From sequence record MT446422.1: a DNA stretch of 64,000 nt; one strand, written 5' to 3'. Of the stretch, positions 24,648-33,026 are shown piece by piece (position 1 is the first letter of the stretch; each line of letters starts with the position of its first letter). The DNA is from Escherichia virus TH57. A model generated the notes under the pieces. That model searched no databases. It saw only the letters and a program-made list of their open reading frames with translations, and had not been told where the DNA came from. The translations under genes and the position numbers were made by a program.

Positions 24648-25676
24648 ATGTCATATATTGATAAAGAATTTGCGGTCAGAGCTTTATCGTATCAACCACG
24701 TTATAGAGAAGTCACCGGGAGCACATTTAAAGCAAACTGTCGTTGTAAGGTTTGCGGGGACTCCCAGAAAGATTCACATAAGGCTCGATTCTGGGCGTAT
24801 ACCAATCCGTCTGATGGTGCGGTTTACGTGAAATGTTTTAACTGTGACTACTCCACGCATATAAGCAAATACATAAAAGAGTTTGAGCCGGATTTGCACC
24901 GGGAATATATGGTTGAGAAGTACAAGGAAAATGCCTTCGGTCGACAACGTAATGAAGTTGCAGAAACTCCGAAAGAACCAGAAAAAACTCCGGTTATTGA
25001 AGAGCTTGCTTTTTGCGAAAGAATCGATACTTTACCAGAAGCACATCCGATAGTTAAGTATGTGAAAAGTCGGTGTATTCCGAGCAATGTTTGGAACCGG
25101 TTATGGTTTACAAACAAATGGCCTGCATTAGTTAACTCCGTTAATCCTGGGACGTATAAGAATGAAACGAATGAACCACGCTTGGTTATTCCTATCTTCA
25201 ACGGCAAAAAAGAAATCGAATCTTTCCAAGGACGAGCTCTTCGCAAAGATGCACCACAAAAATATATCACAATCAAAGCTCACCCAGAAGCTTCCAAAGT
25301 CTATGGCGTAGACAAGATTGATGAGCGCAAGCGCGTGTGGGTAATGGAAGGTCCGATTGATAGTTTGTTTATCCCTAACAGCATTGCGATAACCGGTGGA
25401 ACATTAGCATTGGAAGCCGTTCCTTATGCTGAAACCCGAGTATGGGTAATGGACAACGAGCCAAGACATCCGGATACGATTAAACGTATGAAGAAACTCG
25501 TTGAAGCTGGCGAAGCTGTTATGTTCTGGGACAATGCACCATGGCATACGAAAGACATAAATGAGATGGTTAAATCGGAGGGTGCAACCCCTGAACAAAT
25601 CGAATCATATATGGCCGATAACGTTGCTCAAGGGCTGATGGCGAGAATGCGACTTTCGAAGTACGCAAAAGTTTAG
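24648..25676 (+). CDS. 61: DNA primase gp61
   Basis: 342 aa, as in T4. Zinc ribbon CRCKVCGDS...CFNC. EPRLVIPIFN, TOPRIM EGPIDSLF, DNEPRHPDTIKRM, MRLSKYAK. Confidence 0.96.
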   Translation: MSYIDKEFAVRALSYQPRYREVTGSTFKANCRCKVCGDSQKDSHKARFWAYTNPSDGAVYVKCFNCDYSTHISKYIKEFEPDLHREYMVEKYKENAFGRQRNEVAETPKEPEKTPVIEELAFCERIDTLPEAHPIVKYVKSRCIPSNVWNRLWFTNKWPALVNSVNPGTYKNETNEPRLVIPIFNGKKEIESFQGRALRKDAPQKYITIKAHPEASKVYGVDKIDERKRVWVMEGPIDSLFIPNSIAITGGTLALEAVPYAETRVWVMDNEPRHPDTIKRMKKLVEAGEAVMFWDNAPWHTKDINEMVKSEGATPEQIESYMADNVAQGLMARMRLSKYAKV

Positions 25677-25784
25677 GAAGGGATTCCGGTAAAGTAACCG
25701 ATGATGGAATGGATATGTTCCATTGTGACCTGAGGTAAGTGTACCCCTTGTGATGCAGCGATAGGCATAACCAGTAAGTTCTAC

Positions 25785-25982
25785 CTATATAAGGCCGATT
25801 AATGCCAGTGAAACATCTACAACTGATTCGAGTGCGATGACTGGCAATATAACGCCATGTGCCAATGCAACAGGGGCAACAATGAAATTCCAGAGTAGAA
25901 CTAAACAGAGTATCGAAAGGACTAGAATCGTTCGCTTACGACTGCCTTTGATGGCTTGAATTAGACTAGATAGTTTTAGCAT
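25785..25982 (-). CDS. small membrane protein (65 aa) on the opposite strand
   Basis: ATG at 25982 behind AAAGGAGGATAT. MLKLSSLIQAIKGSRKRTILVLSILCLVLLWNFIVAPVALAHGVILPVIALESVVDVSLALIGLI (basic N-terminus, two hydrophobic helices). CATAAATA late-like promoter 16 nt upstream. Confidence 0.55.
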   Translation of the reverse strand: MLKLSSLIQAIKGSRKRTILVLSILCLVLLWNFIVAPVALAHGVILPVIALESVVDVSLALIGLI

Positions 25983-25998
25983 ATATCCTCCTTTCTTG

Positions 25999-26006
25999 TA
26001 TTTATG
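25999..26006 (-). promoter_or_regulatory. late-like promoter (7/8) for the reverse-strand ORF
   Basis: The reverse complement reads CATAAATA, 16 nt before ATG 25982. It abuts the MotA box of the divergent gene 56 promoter, the same layout as 61723-61738. Confidence 0.45.
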
Positions 26007-26028
26007 CTTCAAACCAATATGATATAAT
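26005..26028 (+). promoter_or_regulatory. MotA-dependent middle promoter (gene 56)
   Basis: TGCTTCA 26005-26011, 11-nt spacer, TATAAT 26023-26028. Confidence 0.65.
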
Positions 26029-26066
26029 TAACATACAAACAACATGAATTGATAAGGAAAAATATA

Positions 26067-26585
26067 ATGGCTCATTTTAATGAATGTTCACAACTGATTG
26101 CTGGTGTTGACAAAGCTGAAGAAGCTTATGACAATGCAATTATCGAAGGCACTGACCCGCTGCAGATTATGCTTGATATGCAGAAATCATTGCAGGTCCG
26201 TTTGGCTACTGAAAAACCAGAATACAACTCACATCCAGACGAATTGGCTACCGCCGGCGATGTTGTTGCATGGCTTCGTAACCAGAAAGATTATGTTGAT
26301 GATGAATTCCGTGAACTTCTAACTTCTCTCGGTGGTATGTCTAATGGCGAGAAAGCTGCATCTAGTGTATGGAAGCCTTGGAAAGCCCAACATGCTGAAT
26401 TCCGTAATCGTCGTATTGATGAGTTGTCTCCTGAAGACCAGCTCGAAATTAAATTTGAGATGATTGACATCCTGCACTTTGTTCTGAACATGTTCCATGG
26501 TCTTGGCCTGTCGGCAGAAGAAATCTTTAAATTGTATTACCTGAAAAATGCTGAAAACTTTGCTCGTCAAGACCGAGGTTATTAA
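26067..26585 (+). CDS. 56: dCTP/dCDP pyrophosphatase gp56 (MazG-like)
   Basis: MAHFNECSQLIAGVDKA..., ELATAGDVVAWLRNQKDYVDDEFRELLTSLG and IFKLYYLKNAENFARQDRGY match recalled T4 gp56. The track start 26049 is an extension. Confidence 0.93.
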   Translation: MAHFNECSQLIAGVDKAEEAYDNAIIEGTDPLQIMLDMQKSLQVRLATEKPEYNSHPDELATAGDVVAWLRNQKDYVDDEFRELLTSLGGMSNGEKAASSVWKPWKAQHAEFRNRRIDELSPEDQLEIKFEMIDILHFVLNMFHGLGLSAEEIFKLYYLKNAENFARQDRGY

Positions 26586-26866
26586 TGGCTCGTTTAAATA
26601 AACGACAGCTTAAGAAAGCTCGTAAGAAGCATATTAATGATATAATTGAAAACGCTAATGTTGAAATCTTTGTAGAACTTTTAGCCAATCAACTAAAAAA
26701 TTTATCTAAACAAGAAATTGCTATGAATACTGAAAATGCTAAAAATGTAATCGAAACTCATAATGTTTTTGCCCAAGCTACTGCTGAATACATTGCTAAT
26801 CCTACTGCTGAAAATCTAGCTAAAATGACCGAAGCCAATAAAGCAGTCCAAGCCGCCAAATTGTAA
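26585..26866 (+). CDS. hypothetical protein (93 aa)
   Basis: ORF track. TAATG overlap with 56. Basic N-terminus RLNKRQLKKARKKH. Confidence 0.55.
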   Translation: MARLNKRQLKKARKKHINDIIENANVEIFVELLANQLKNLSKQEIAMNTENAKNVIETHNVFAQATAEYIANPTAENLAKMTEANKAVQAAKL

Positions 26867-26868
26867 GT

Positions 26869-26876
26869 TATAAATA
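26869..26876 (+). promoter_or_regulatory. late promoter (soc)
   Basis: Perfect TATAAATA, 31 nt before the soc ATG. Confidence 0.8.
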
Positions 26877-26907
26877 CACCTGTAATTAAACATCAAAGGA
26901 GTTTATT

Positions 26908-27141
26908 ATGGGTGGTTTCGTTAATATCAAAACCTTCACGCATGCAGCTGGTGAAGGTAAAGAAGTTAAAGGTACTGAGGTTTCAGTTCCATTTGAAATC
27001 TATTCTGATGCGCATCGTATTGCTAATGCTCATTATCAGACTTTCCCTTCGGCCGTTGCAGCCTATTCTACCGTAGTGACTGATGCTGCTGACTGGAAGA
27101 CCAAGAACGAGGCAATGTTTACGCCGACCGATATTGTTTAA
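26908..27141 (+). CDS. soc: Small outer capsid protein Soc
   Basis: 77 aa. FVNIKTF...GTEVSVPFEIYSDAHRIANAHYQTFPSAVAAYSTV matches recalled T4 Soc. A perfect late promoter lies upstream. Confidence 0.9.
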   Translation: MGGFVNIKTFTHAAGEGKEVKGTEVSVPFEIYSDAHRIANAHYQTFPSAVAAYSTVVTDAADWKTKNEAMFTPTDIV

Positions 27142-27146
27142 TTATA

Positions 27147-27169
27147 GGGAACCTTCGGGTTCCCTTTTT
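27147..27169 (+). terminator. rho-independent terminator after soc
   Basis: GGGAACC-TTCG-GGTTCCC plus T5. Confidence 0.8.
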
Positions 27170-27192
27170 GCTTTTAATAGAAGCGGTATAAT
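27169..27192 (+). promoter_or_regulatory. MotA-dependent middle promoter candidate
   Basis: TGCTTTT(A) 27169-27176, about 11-nt spacer, TATAAT 27187-27192. Confidence 0.55.
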
Positions 27193-27217
27193 TATTTCAA
27201 TTACAGAGGAGAATACT

Positions 27218-27415
27218 ATGTTAAACCGTTGGATTAAACCAAATAAAGCTTTAGATGAAATTATTGCTCATGATGTCCATTTTAAGTACGGATTGGGTGT
27301 GTTTGATGAGGTTATCGTACATTCATTCATGATGCATGACGATGACTCTTTAGAATTCAATATTGAAATCCGTTATGATGATGGTCAAGTTGAATTTAAA
27401 CGAGGTTTCCTATGA
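27218..27415 (+). CDS. hypothetical protein (65 aa)
   Basis: ATG behind GAGGAGAATACT, downstream of the middle promoter. The track ORF start 27083 lies inside soc. Confidence 0.5.
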   Translation: MLNRWIKPNKALDEIIAHDVHFKYGLGVFDEVIVHSFMMHDDDSLEFNIEIRYDDGQVEFKRGFL

Positions 27416-27771
27416 TTAGTTGGCTCAAGAATTTGTTCAAGACCAAACCAAACGAGGGTGTGGTTCCGGTTAGCCTGCCGGATGTTAAGCTAAGAGAATA
27501 TGTTTACATGGGTGACGGCATGATGGAAGAAGTTCGTCGACGTCCAGAAAAAGCCGGTAATGTCGGGCCAGGTGCATTACCATTGAATTCGAAAAAGTTA
27601 AAAGAGCATCTGGATTCAAGACGTCCTGCAAACCATATTAATACCACTCCAGTTATCGATACTACTTCGATTGTGGTTACGGCCGCTGCAGTCAGTTCCT
27701 GGACCGGTGATTCGTCTTATTCCTCCTATGATTCGGGAAGCTGTGATTCGTCTTCCAGCTCGTGTGATTAA
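27412..27771 (+). CDS. hypothetical protein (119 aa) with Ser/Tyr/Cys-rich acidic tail
   Basis: ORF track. ATGA overlap. Tail WTGDSSYSSYDSGSCDSSSSSCD. Confidence 0.55.
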   Translation: MISWLKNLFKTKPNEGVVPVSLPDVKLREYVYMGDGMMEEVRRRPEKAGNVGPGALPLNSKKLKEHLDSRRPANHINTTPVIDTTSIVVTAAAVSSWTGDSSYSSYDSGSCDSSSSSCD

Positions 27772-27966
27772 ATGAGAATTACAAGTTGGCTTAAAGATTG
27801 GTTGGTTACTCCAGGGATTGATGATTCCTGGGTGGCCAGAGCCGAGGAAGAAATGCAACGCGAAGCCGAAGAATGGGCTGTTAACGGGCTTAAAGCCATG
27901 CAGGAAAAGAAGACTGAACGAGCAGCGCTTAAACTGATGCGTGATATCTACGGAGATAAATCATGA
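27772..27966 (+). CDS. hypothetical protein (64 aa)
   Basis: ORF track. Starts directly after the upstream stop. Confidence 0.5.
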   Translation: MRITSWLKDWLVTPGIDDSWVARAEEEMQREAEEWAVNGLKAMQEKKTERAALKLMRDIYGDKS

Positions 27967-28112
27967 CACAAGAAGATGCTGAACGCCGAGCAAAAGAAGC
28001 ACTGGATTTGCTTTTGAAAATTGGCAGTAAAATGATGGAAGAAAACGAAAAGTACATCAAGGAAAATAAAGTTCCTGATGGTCCATTAGTCGGTAAGAGG
28101 AAAACATTATGA
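27963..28112 (+). CDS. small hypothetical protein (49 aa)
   Basis: Below the track cutoff. ATGA overlaps at both ends. [49 protein letters not shown]. Confidence 0.45.
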   Translation: MTQEDAERRAKEALDLLLKIGSKMMEENEKYIKENKVPDGPLVGKRKTL

Positions 28113-28597
28113 AAGTATATGAATTAGAATTCTATGTCCGTGATTCGGCAGGTCAAACACGACCTTACGATGCTACCGCATGCCTTATCATGGTTTACAA
28201 TGGCATGGATTCGGTTACTGAGTTAGAAACAAAATTAATGAACCTGACGATGCCAGAAAATGTCATGATGAAGGTATTTCATAACAAAAACGTTAATGTG
28301 GCTGAAGGGTGTCCGTTTACTGTTTCTGAAGCTCTGCACATCAAAGGCTATCGTCACCCGGACCCTTATGCAGAAGGTACTGCGGATATTTTCTATAAAG
28401 ATACCGATAGAATTTCAGAAGAACGCCTTAAAGGTCGCACATATCTGATTTCCACTACCGACGACCTTGCTGAAGTTGAACGTCAGATTTGGAAGCACTT
28501 TGATATTGGCTTACGCTTTACTTTAACAGAAGAAGCTATTCAAGATACTAAAATGCGTGCTCATATGTATGGTTACGGTCCGATTGGTGGTTACTAA
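28109..28597 (+). CDS. hypothetical protein (162 aa); positional and size candidate for T4 mrh
   Basis: ORF track. Lies between soc and the mod genes, where T4 has mrh (about 161 aa). No sequence confirmation. Confidence 0.55.
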   Translation: MKVYELEFYVRDSAGQTRPYDATACLIMVYNGMDSVTELETKLMNLTMPENVMMKVFHNKNVNVAEGCPFTVSEALHIKGYRHPDPYAEGTADIFYKDTDRISEERLKGRTYLISTTDDLAEVERQIWKHFDIGLRFTLTEEAIQDTKMRAHMYGYGPIGGY

Positions 28598-28776
28598 TGG
28601 ATTTATTTGAACTTTTTGAAGAGCCTAAAGCTCATACGGAAGCCCGTGTGGACCTAGTTGACGAACTTGATGCGATTATACAGAAGCACGGTTTTAGTCT
28701 CCCAATGGAAGTTCTACGCGACCTGGCCTCATATTACGACGACCCACCTCCATGGGCACCATGGGTGAAACAATGA
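28597..28776 (+). CDS. small acidic hypothetical protein (59 aa)
   Basis: Below the track cutoff. TAATG and ATGA overlaps. [59 protein letters not shown]. Confidence 0.45.
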   Translation: MDLFELFEEPKAHTEARVDLVDELDAIIQKHGFSLPMEVLRDLASYYDDPPPWAPWVKQ

Positions 28777-29006
28777 ACTGGTTAACAAATATCCCCACAT
28801 CGGCACTGGATATCGACCGTAAACATGCTCATAAGGAAATTGAGCAACAAAAAATTAATCGTTTACAAAGGCTTAAGACTGAATCCGAGACAATTAAAGT
28901 CAAACGCCCGACAGAATCGAAAAGTTCTTACTCATCATATCAATCTCCGATTGGCATGGCCGTAGACATTGCAGTCTTTGGCACCCCACTTGGAGTATTT
29001 AAGTAG
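28773..29006 (+). CDS. hypothetical protein (77 aa) with SSYSSY motif and hydrophobic C-terminus
   Basis: ATG 28773 (ATGA overlap). ...TESKSSYSSYQSPIGMAVDIAVFGTPLGVFK. Confidence 0.5.
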   Translation: MNWLTNIPTSALDIDRKHAHKEIEQQKINRLQRLKTESETIKVKRPTESKSSYSSYQSPIGMAVDIAVFGTPLGVFK

Positions 29007-29035
29007 TTTACTTACTCCCCTCCTAATGACATAAT
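29006..29035 (+). promoter_or_regulatory. early promoter (modB unit)
   Basis: GTTTACT 29006-29012, 17-nt spacer, CATAAT 29030-29035. Confidence 0.5.
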
Positions 29036-29062
29036 GGTCTTTCTTACAACAGAGAGGCCATT

Positions 29063-29623
29063 ATGAACATCATCAAATCTGATACCGAACCCAACCAGTT
29101 AAAATTTAGTGAAATGGAGATAGCTTCATTATTTGAGTGCCGTACAGCAAAGGTTGATAAGACCTTGCATTCAAATGTCAACTCAATCATCAAGTCAAGG
29201 TTATCTATACCCGATACAGTCTTGTATCGTGGGGTAACCCAGCAAGAGATTGATTTATTAGATGAAGCAAAAGAATCAATGCAACCTTTTGAATTTGGAA
29301 GGATAACCTCCTTTACAGAAGACTATGGTATTGCCAGGGATTTTGCTGCAATGGAATATGTATCAAGGACTATCATCAGATTGAATCATACAAAAGCTTT
29401 TTGTTACCATGATGCGATGCGCAAAATTGCGCTTGATGTTCCACTGGAATTCTTCAATACTGCTTCTGGTTCCGAACAGGCGGCAACGTTAAGACGTGAA
29501 GAATATATGGACATGATTGATTCTGAGCTTGAATGGTTTGTTCCAGCTGACCAGAAATTCGTGATAGTTGATGCTGGATTTGTTGGTGATTATTATGTTC
29601 TTGACTGTGTACAAGAGCAATAA
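29063..29623 (+). CDS. modB: ADP-ribosyltransferase, Mod family (T4 modB position)
   Basis: 186 aa. R-S-E triad context: LYRGV, ITSFTEDYGIARDFA, SELEWFVP. First of a tandem pair upstream of srd, as T4 modB-modA. Confidence 0.7.
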   Translation: MNIIKSDTEPNQLKFSEMEIASLFECRTAKVDKTLHSNVNSIIKSRLSIPDTVLYRGVTQQEIDLLDEAKESMQPFEFGRITSFTEDYGIARDFAAMEYVSRTIIRLNHTKAFCYHDAMRKIALDVPLEFFNTASGSEQAATLRREEYMDMIDSELEWFVPADQKFVIVDAGFVGDYYVLDCVQEQ

Positions 29624-29636
29624 GACACGTTAATAT
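29607..29636 (+). promoter_or_regulatory. early promoter inside the 3' end of the first mod gene
   Basis: GTGTACA 29607-29613, 17-nt spacer, TAATAT 29631-29636. Leader CCTATCAACTACTGATGAGGA. Confidence 0.55.
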
Positions 29637-29667
29637 GTTCCTATCAACTACTGATGAGGATAATAAA

Positions 29668-30282
29668 ATGCTGTACACTGATGATGTTTTGAATGGAATT
29701 ATTGACACTGCTGCTTCTAGTGAGTCTTTTCGTGACCAATGTCAAGCGGAGATTGATGCTCTTTATACAGATGAAGAGCAATCGGTACTCTGGCAGTGTA
29801 TGGAAAATAAACCCGACTTGATTCAAGAAGACTTAACCAGGATTATCCGCAACAATCTGAATACTGCACCGCCTGCGGCATTGTTCCGTGGTATATCAAA
29901 GAAAACTATGGAATACCTGGAAGATTTAAGATATGTTGGTGCGACAATTGAGTTCAACCGTGTAATGAGTTTTTCCAGGGACTGGCAGGTTGCAAGAAAT
30001 TTTGCATCATACAGTTTCTATGGCACAAGGAACATTTTCTGTATAAACAATGCACCATATGCGTATAACTATCAGGAAGCAATCTTCAAAATGATTTGCG
30101 GTGCTCCTCCTGAAGAGTTCAATGGTGCATATCCAGAAGCAACCAGGAAGTCAAACTTGCACCTGGTTAATGATGAAGATGAGTTTATGTTTCCCGCTGG
30201 GACTACGCTCCGCGTAGACTTGATTGAAACACACCCATTGAATAACCTGTATACTGTTTGGCATTTAACTGTTTTGAACTAA
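29668..30282 (+). CDS. modA: ADP-ribosyltransferase, Mod family (T4 modA position)
   Basis: 204 aa from ATG 29668 (behind the conserved leader GATGAGGATAATAAA). LFRGIS, VMSFSRDWQVARNFA, EDEFMFPAG (ExE). Confidence 0.7.
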   Translation: MLYTDDVLNGIIDTAASSESFRDQCQAEIDALYTDEEQSVLWQCMENKPDLIQEDLTRIIRNNLNTAPPAALFRGISKKTMEYLEDLRYVGATIEFNRVMSFSRDWQVARNFASYSFYGTRNIFCINNAPYAYNYQEAIFKMICGAPPEEFNGAYPEATRKSNLHLVNDEDEFMFPAGTTLRVDLIETHPLNNLYTVWHLTVLN

Positions 30283-30341
30283 CCAAAGACCTTAGAACCA
30301 TTATACACAGTAAAAATAAAAGCGTTAAAGGTGAAAAAGTA

Positions 30342-30370
30342 GTGTACATAAAAGATGAATAGTATATAAT
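30342..30370 (+). promoter_or_regulatory. early promoter (srd unit)
   Basis: GTGTACA 30342-30348, 16-nt spacer, TATAAT 30365-30370. Leader GATTCCGTACTGAGTTA. Confidence 0.6.
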
Positions 30371-30415
30371 GATTCCGTACTGAGTTATTCACGTCCGTAA
30401 GATGAGAAAAATATC

Positions 30416-31162
30416 ATGACTTTATCAAAAACCAAAACACTGAAAGTTAAACGTCGTCTGGAACACACTCAAGCTTCTGCTAAACGTCGTGGTAAGGACT
30501 TTAACCTGGATTTCAATTACCTGGTTAACATTCTTGACCAAAAAGTTTGTGCTTATTCTGGTGAAGCATTTAATAACTCTGTTGAAGACGAGAAGTTATC
30601 ATTAGAACGTTTTAACAATGATATTGGTTATATCAAGGGTAATGTTATTCCTGTTAAAAAGAAATACAACACCATGCGTTCTGATTGGTCCCTGGATGAG
30701 CTTAAACAACGTCGTGATGATGTTGCTGTAAAAATTGCTCGCCCGTCCGCCAAGAAGATTGAAAAGTTAAATCTGACTTCAGAGAAATGGGAACAGATTA
30801 AAAAGGCATATAACCATATAAAGAACATTCAGCACAAACGTGAGAATCGCGTTAAGCATTATGCTCAAATGAGTAAATCAGAACAGTCCAAAGAAAACCA
30901 ATTAAAAATGGTTGCTTTGAAGGCTCGCATTGATGGTTCCCGTGTTGCGGAAGGTCATGAGCTTACTAAATTGAATGTTTTGCTCAAAGGCAATGACTGG
31001 AAAGTTACCAAGAAATTAACTGATGCTGAAACGCTTTTTGATTGCTATGATAAAATCATTCAAGGTCTTGAGCGTTTTGAGAAGATTGGTTTTATTGGTA
31101 AATTAAAACTGAAACGTGGTTTGCCTTTGAACGCGTCAATTTTTAAACTGATTAGAGGTTAA
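30416..31162 (+). CDS. srd: Srd-position protein (248 aa)
   Basis: Position between mod and dda and a size like T4 srd. The N-terminal part looks HNH/EndoVII-like (CAYSG...ERFNNDIGYIKGNVIPV). Assignment mainly positional. Confidence 0.5.
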   Translation: MTLSKTKTLKVKRRLEHTQASAKRRGKDFNLDFNYLVNILDQKVCAYSGEAFNNSVEDEKLSLERFNNDIGYIKGNVIPVKKKYNTMRSDWSLDELKQRRDDVAVKIARPSAKKIEKLNLTSEKWEQIKKAYNHIKNIQHKRENRVKHYAQMSKSEQSKENQLKMVALKARIDGSRVAEGHELTKLNVLLKGNDWKVTKKLTDAETLFDCYDKIIQGLERFEKIGFIGKLKLKRGLPLNASIFKLIRG

Positions 31163-31166
31163 TGTG

Positions 31167-31463
31167 ATGTACTACGCATATGTGCTGGTCCACAAAGATA
31201 AAGATGGTTTTGAACACCCATTGGAGTATGATGGAAAGGTGACCTTATACACCACAAAAGCTGGCGCAGATTATGAACTTGCCAACTATTCATATACTAC
31301 AAACCGCTATTTACGCATGGGACGTATTGAAACACGGTATATTCCCAGGAAGTGGTGGTTTGATAAGCGTGAAACAAAAACTGTTTTTCCTACTGAAGAA
31401 CGCGCACGAGAATTGAAATTAGTTTTAGATACTTTATATGTTAAGCGAGTAAAATTGGCATGA
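31167..31463 (+). CDS. hypothetical protein (98 aa), position of T4 dda.1
   Basis: ATG 31167 behind AGAGG (the track gives GTG 31164). ATGA overlap with dda. Confidence 0.55.
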   Translation: MYYAYVLVHKDKDGFEHPLEYDGKVTLYTTKAGADYELANYSYTTNRYLRMGRIETRYIPRKWWFDKRETKTVFPTEERARELKLVLDTLYVKRVKLA

Positions 31464-32788
31464 TTAAATTTGAAGACTTGAACACAGGACAAAAAGAAGC
31501 TTTTGATTATATCACTGAAGCTATTCAGCGACGTTCAGGGGAATGTATCACTCTGAATGGCCCAGCTGGCACAGGTAAGACCACTCTGACAAAATTTGTC
31601 ATTGACCACTTAGTGCGTAATGGAGTTATGGGAATTGTGCTCGCTGCACCAACTCACCAGGCGAAAAAAGTTTTATCTAAATTGTCTGGTCAAACAGCGA
31701 ATACAATCCATAGTATCCTGAAGATTAACCCGACCACATATGAAGACCAAAACGTTTTTGAACAGCGCGAAATGCCTGACATGTCAAAATGTAATGTTCT
31801 GGTTTGTGATGAAGCAAGTATGTATGACGGGTCTCTGTTTAAGATTATTCTTAACTCTGTTCCCGAATGGTGTACTATTCTTGGGATTGGTGATATGCAC
31901 CAGCTGCAGCCAGTTGACCCAGGAAGCACACAACAAAAGATAAGCCCATTCTTTACGCATCCTAAGTTCAAACAGATTCATCTGACTGAGGTCATGCGAA
32001 GTAATGCTCCTATCATTGAAGTGGCGACAGAAATTCGCAATGGTGGTTGGTTCCGTGACTGCATGTATGAAGGCCATGGCGTGCAAGGTTTCACCTCACA
32101 AACCGCTTTAAAGGATTTCATGATAAACTATTTCAGTATTGTAAAAGATGCTGATATGTTGATGGAAAACAGGATGTATGCATACACGAATAAATCAGTT
32201 GAAAAACTGAACAATATTATTCGTCGCAAGCTATATGAAACGGACAAAGCATTTTTACCGTATGAAGTCCTGGTTATGCAAGAGCCACACATGAAAGAGC
32301 TGGAATTTGAAGGTAAGAAATTCAGCGAAATTATTTTTAACAATGGTCAGTTAGTTCGCATCAAGGATTGCAAATACACTTCCACCATTCTCCGCTGTAA
32401 AGGCGAATCGCACCAGTTAGTGATTAATTACTGGGACCTGGAAGTTGAGTCAATTGATGAAGATGAAGAATATCAGGTTGACCGCATTAAAGTTTTACCA
32501 GAAGACCAGCAACCAAAATTCCAGGCATATCTGGCGAAAGTTGCTGACACATACAAACAGATGAAAGCCGCTGGTAAACGTCCAGAGTGGAAAGACTTCT
32601 GGAAAGCGCGCAGGACCTTCTTGAAAGTTCGTGCTCTTCCGGTCAGTACAATCCATAAGGCACAGGGCGTTTCAGTGGACAAAGCATTCATCTATACTCC
32701 ATGCATCCATATGGCCGAAGCTTCATTAGCGAGCCAGTTGGCTTATGTAGGAATCACACGAGCGAGGTACGACGCATATTATGTATAA
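31460..32788 (+). CDS. dda: Dda DNA helicase (SF1B)
   Basis: 442 aa. Walker A GPAGTGKTT, VCDEASM, TIHKAQG, YVGITRAR. Confidence 0.95.
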   Translation: MIKFEDLNTGQKEAFDYITEAIQRRSGECITLNGPAGTGKTTLTKFVIDHLVRNGVMGIVLAAPTHQAKKVLSKLSGQTANTIHSILKINPTTYEDQNVFEQREMPDMSKCNVLVCDEASMYDGSLFKIILNSVPEWCTILGIGDMHQLQPVDPGSTQQKISPFFTHPKFKQIHLTEVMRSNAPIIEVATEIRNGGWFRDCMYEGHGVQGFTSQTALKDFMINYFSIVKDADMLMENRMYAYTNKSVEKLNNIIRRKLYETDKAFLPYEVLVMQEPHMKELEFEGKKFSEIIFNNGQLVRIKDCKYTSTILRCKGESHQLVINYWDLEVESIDEDEEYQVDRIKVLPEDQQPKFQAYLAKVADTYKQMKAAGKRPEWKDFWKARRTFLKVRALPVSTIHKAQGVSVDKAFIYTPCIHMAEASLASQLAYVGITRARYDAYYV

Positions 32789-33026
32789 GGTACATAAAGA
32801 AGATTTAGATAATCTTATCTATGGTATTCAGGACGCGGTTGAATTTTTCGAAGATAATCCAACTATCGTCGTGCAGGGTAATTACGTTTTGCTGGAACTG
32901 AATCTTATTCGGAAACGTATGGCCGCGATTGAATATTTTAACAATGAAGAGCCAGGGATTTTTATCTCCGACTATGTTGCTGGTGAAATTCAGAAATTAA
33001 AAGAGATGTGCGATGGTTGCTGGTGA
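32781..33026 (+). CDS. hypothetical protein (81 aa); C-terminus altered by a 40-bp tandem duplication
   Basis: ORF track. Overlaps the dda stop. The last residues ...EMCDGCW read into duplicate copy 2. Confidence 0.55.
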   Translation: MYKVHKEDLDNLIYGIQDAVEFFEDNPTIVVQGNYVLLELNLIRKRMAAIEYFNNEEPGIFISDYVAGEIQKLKEMCDGCW

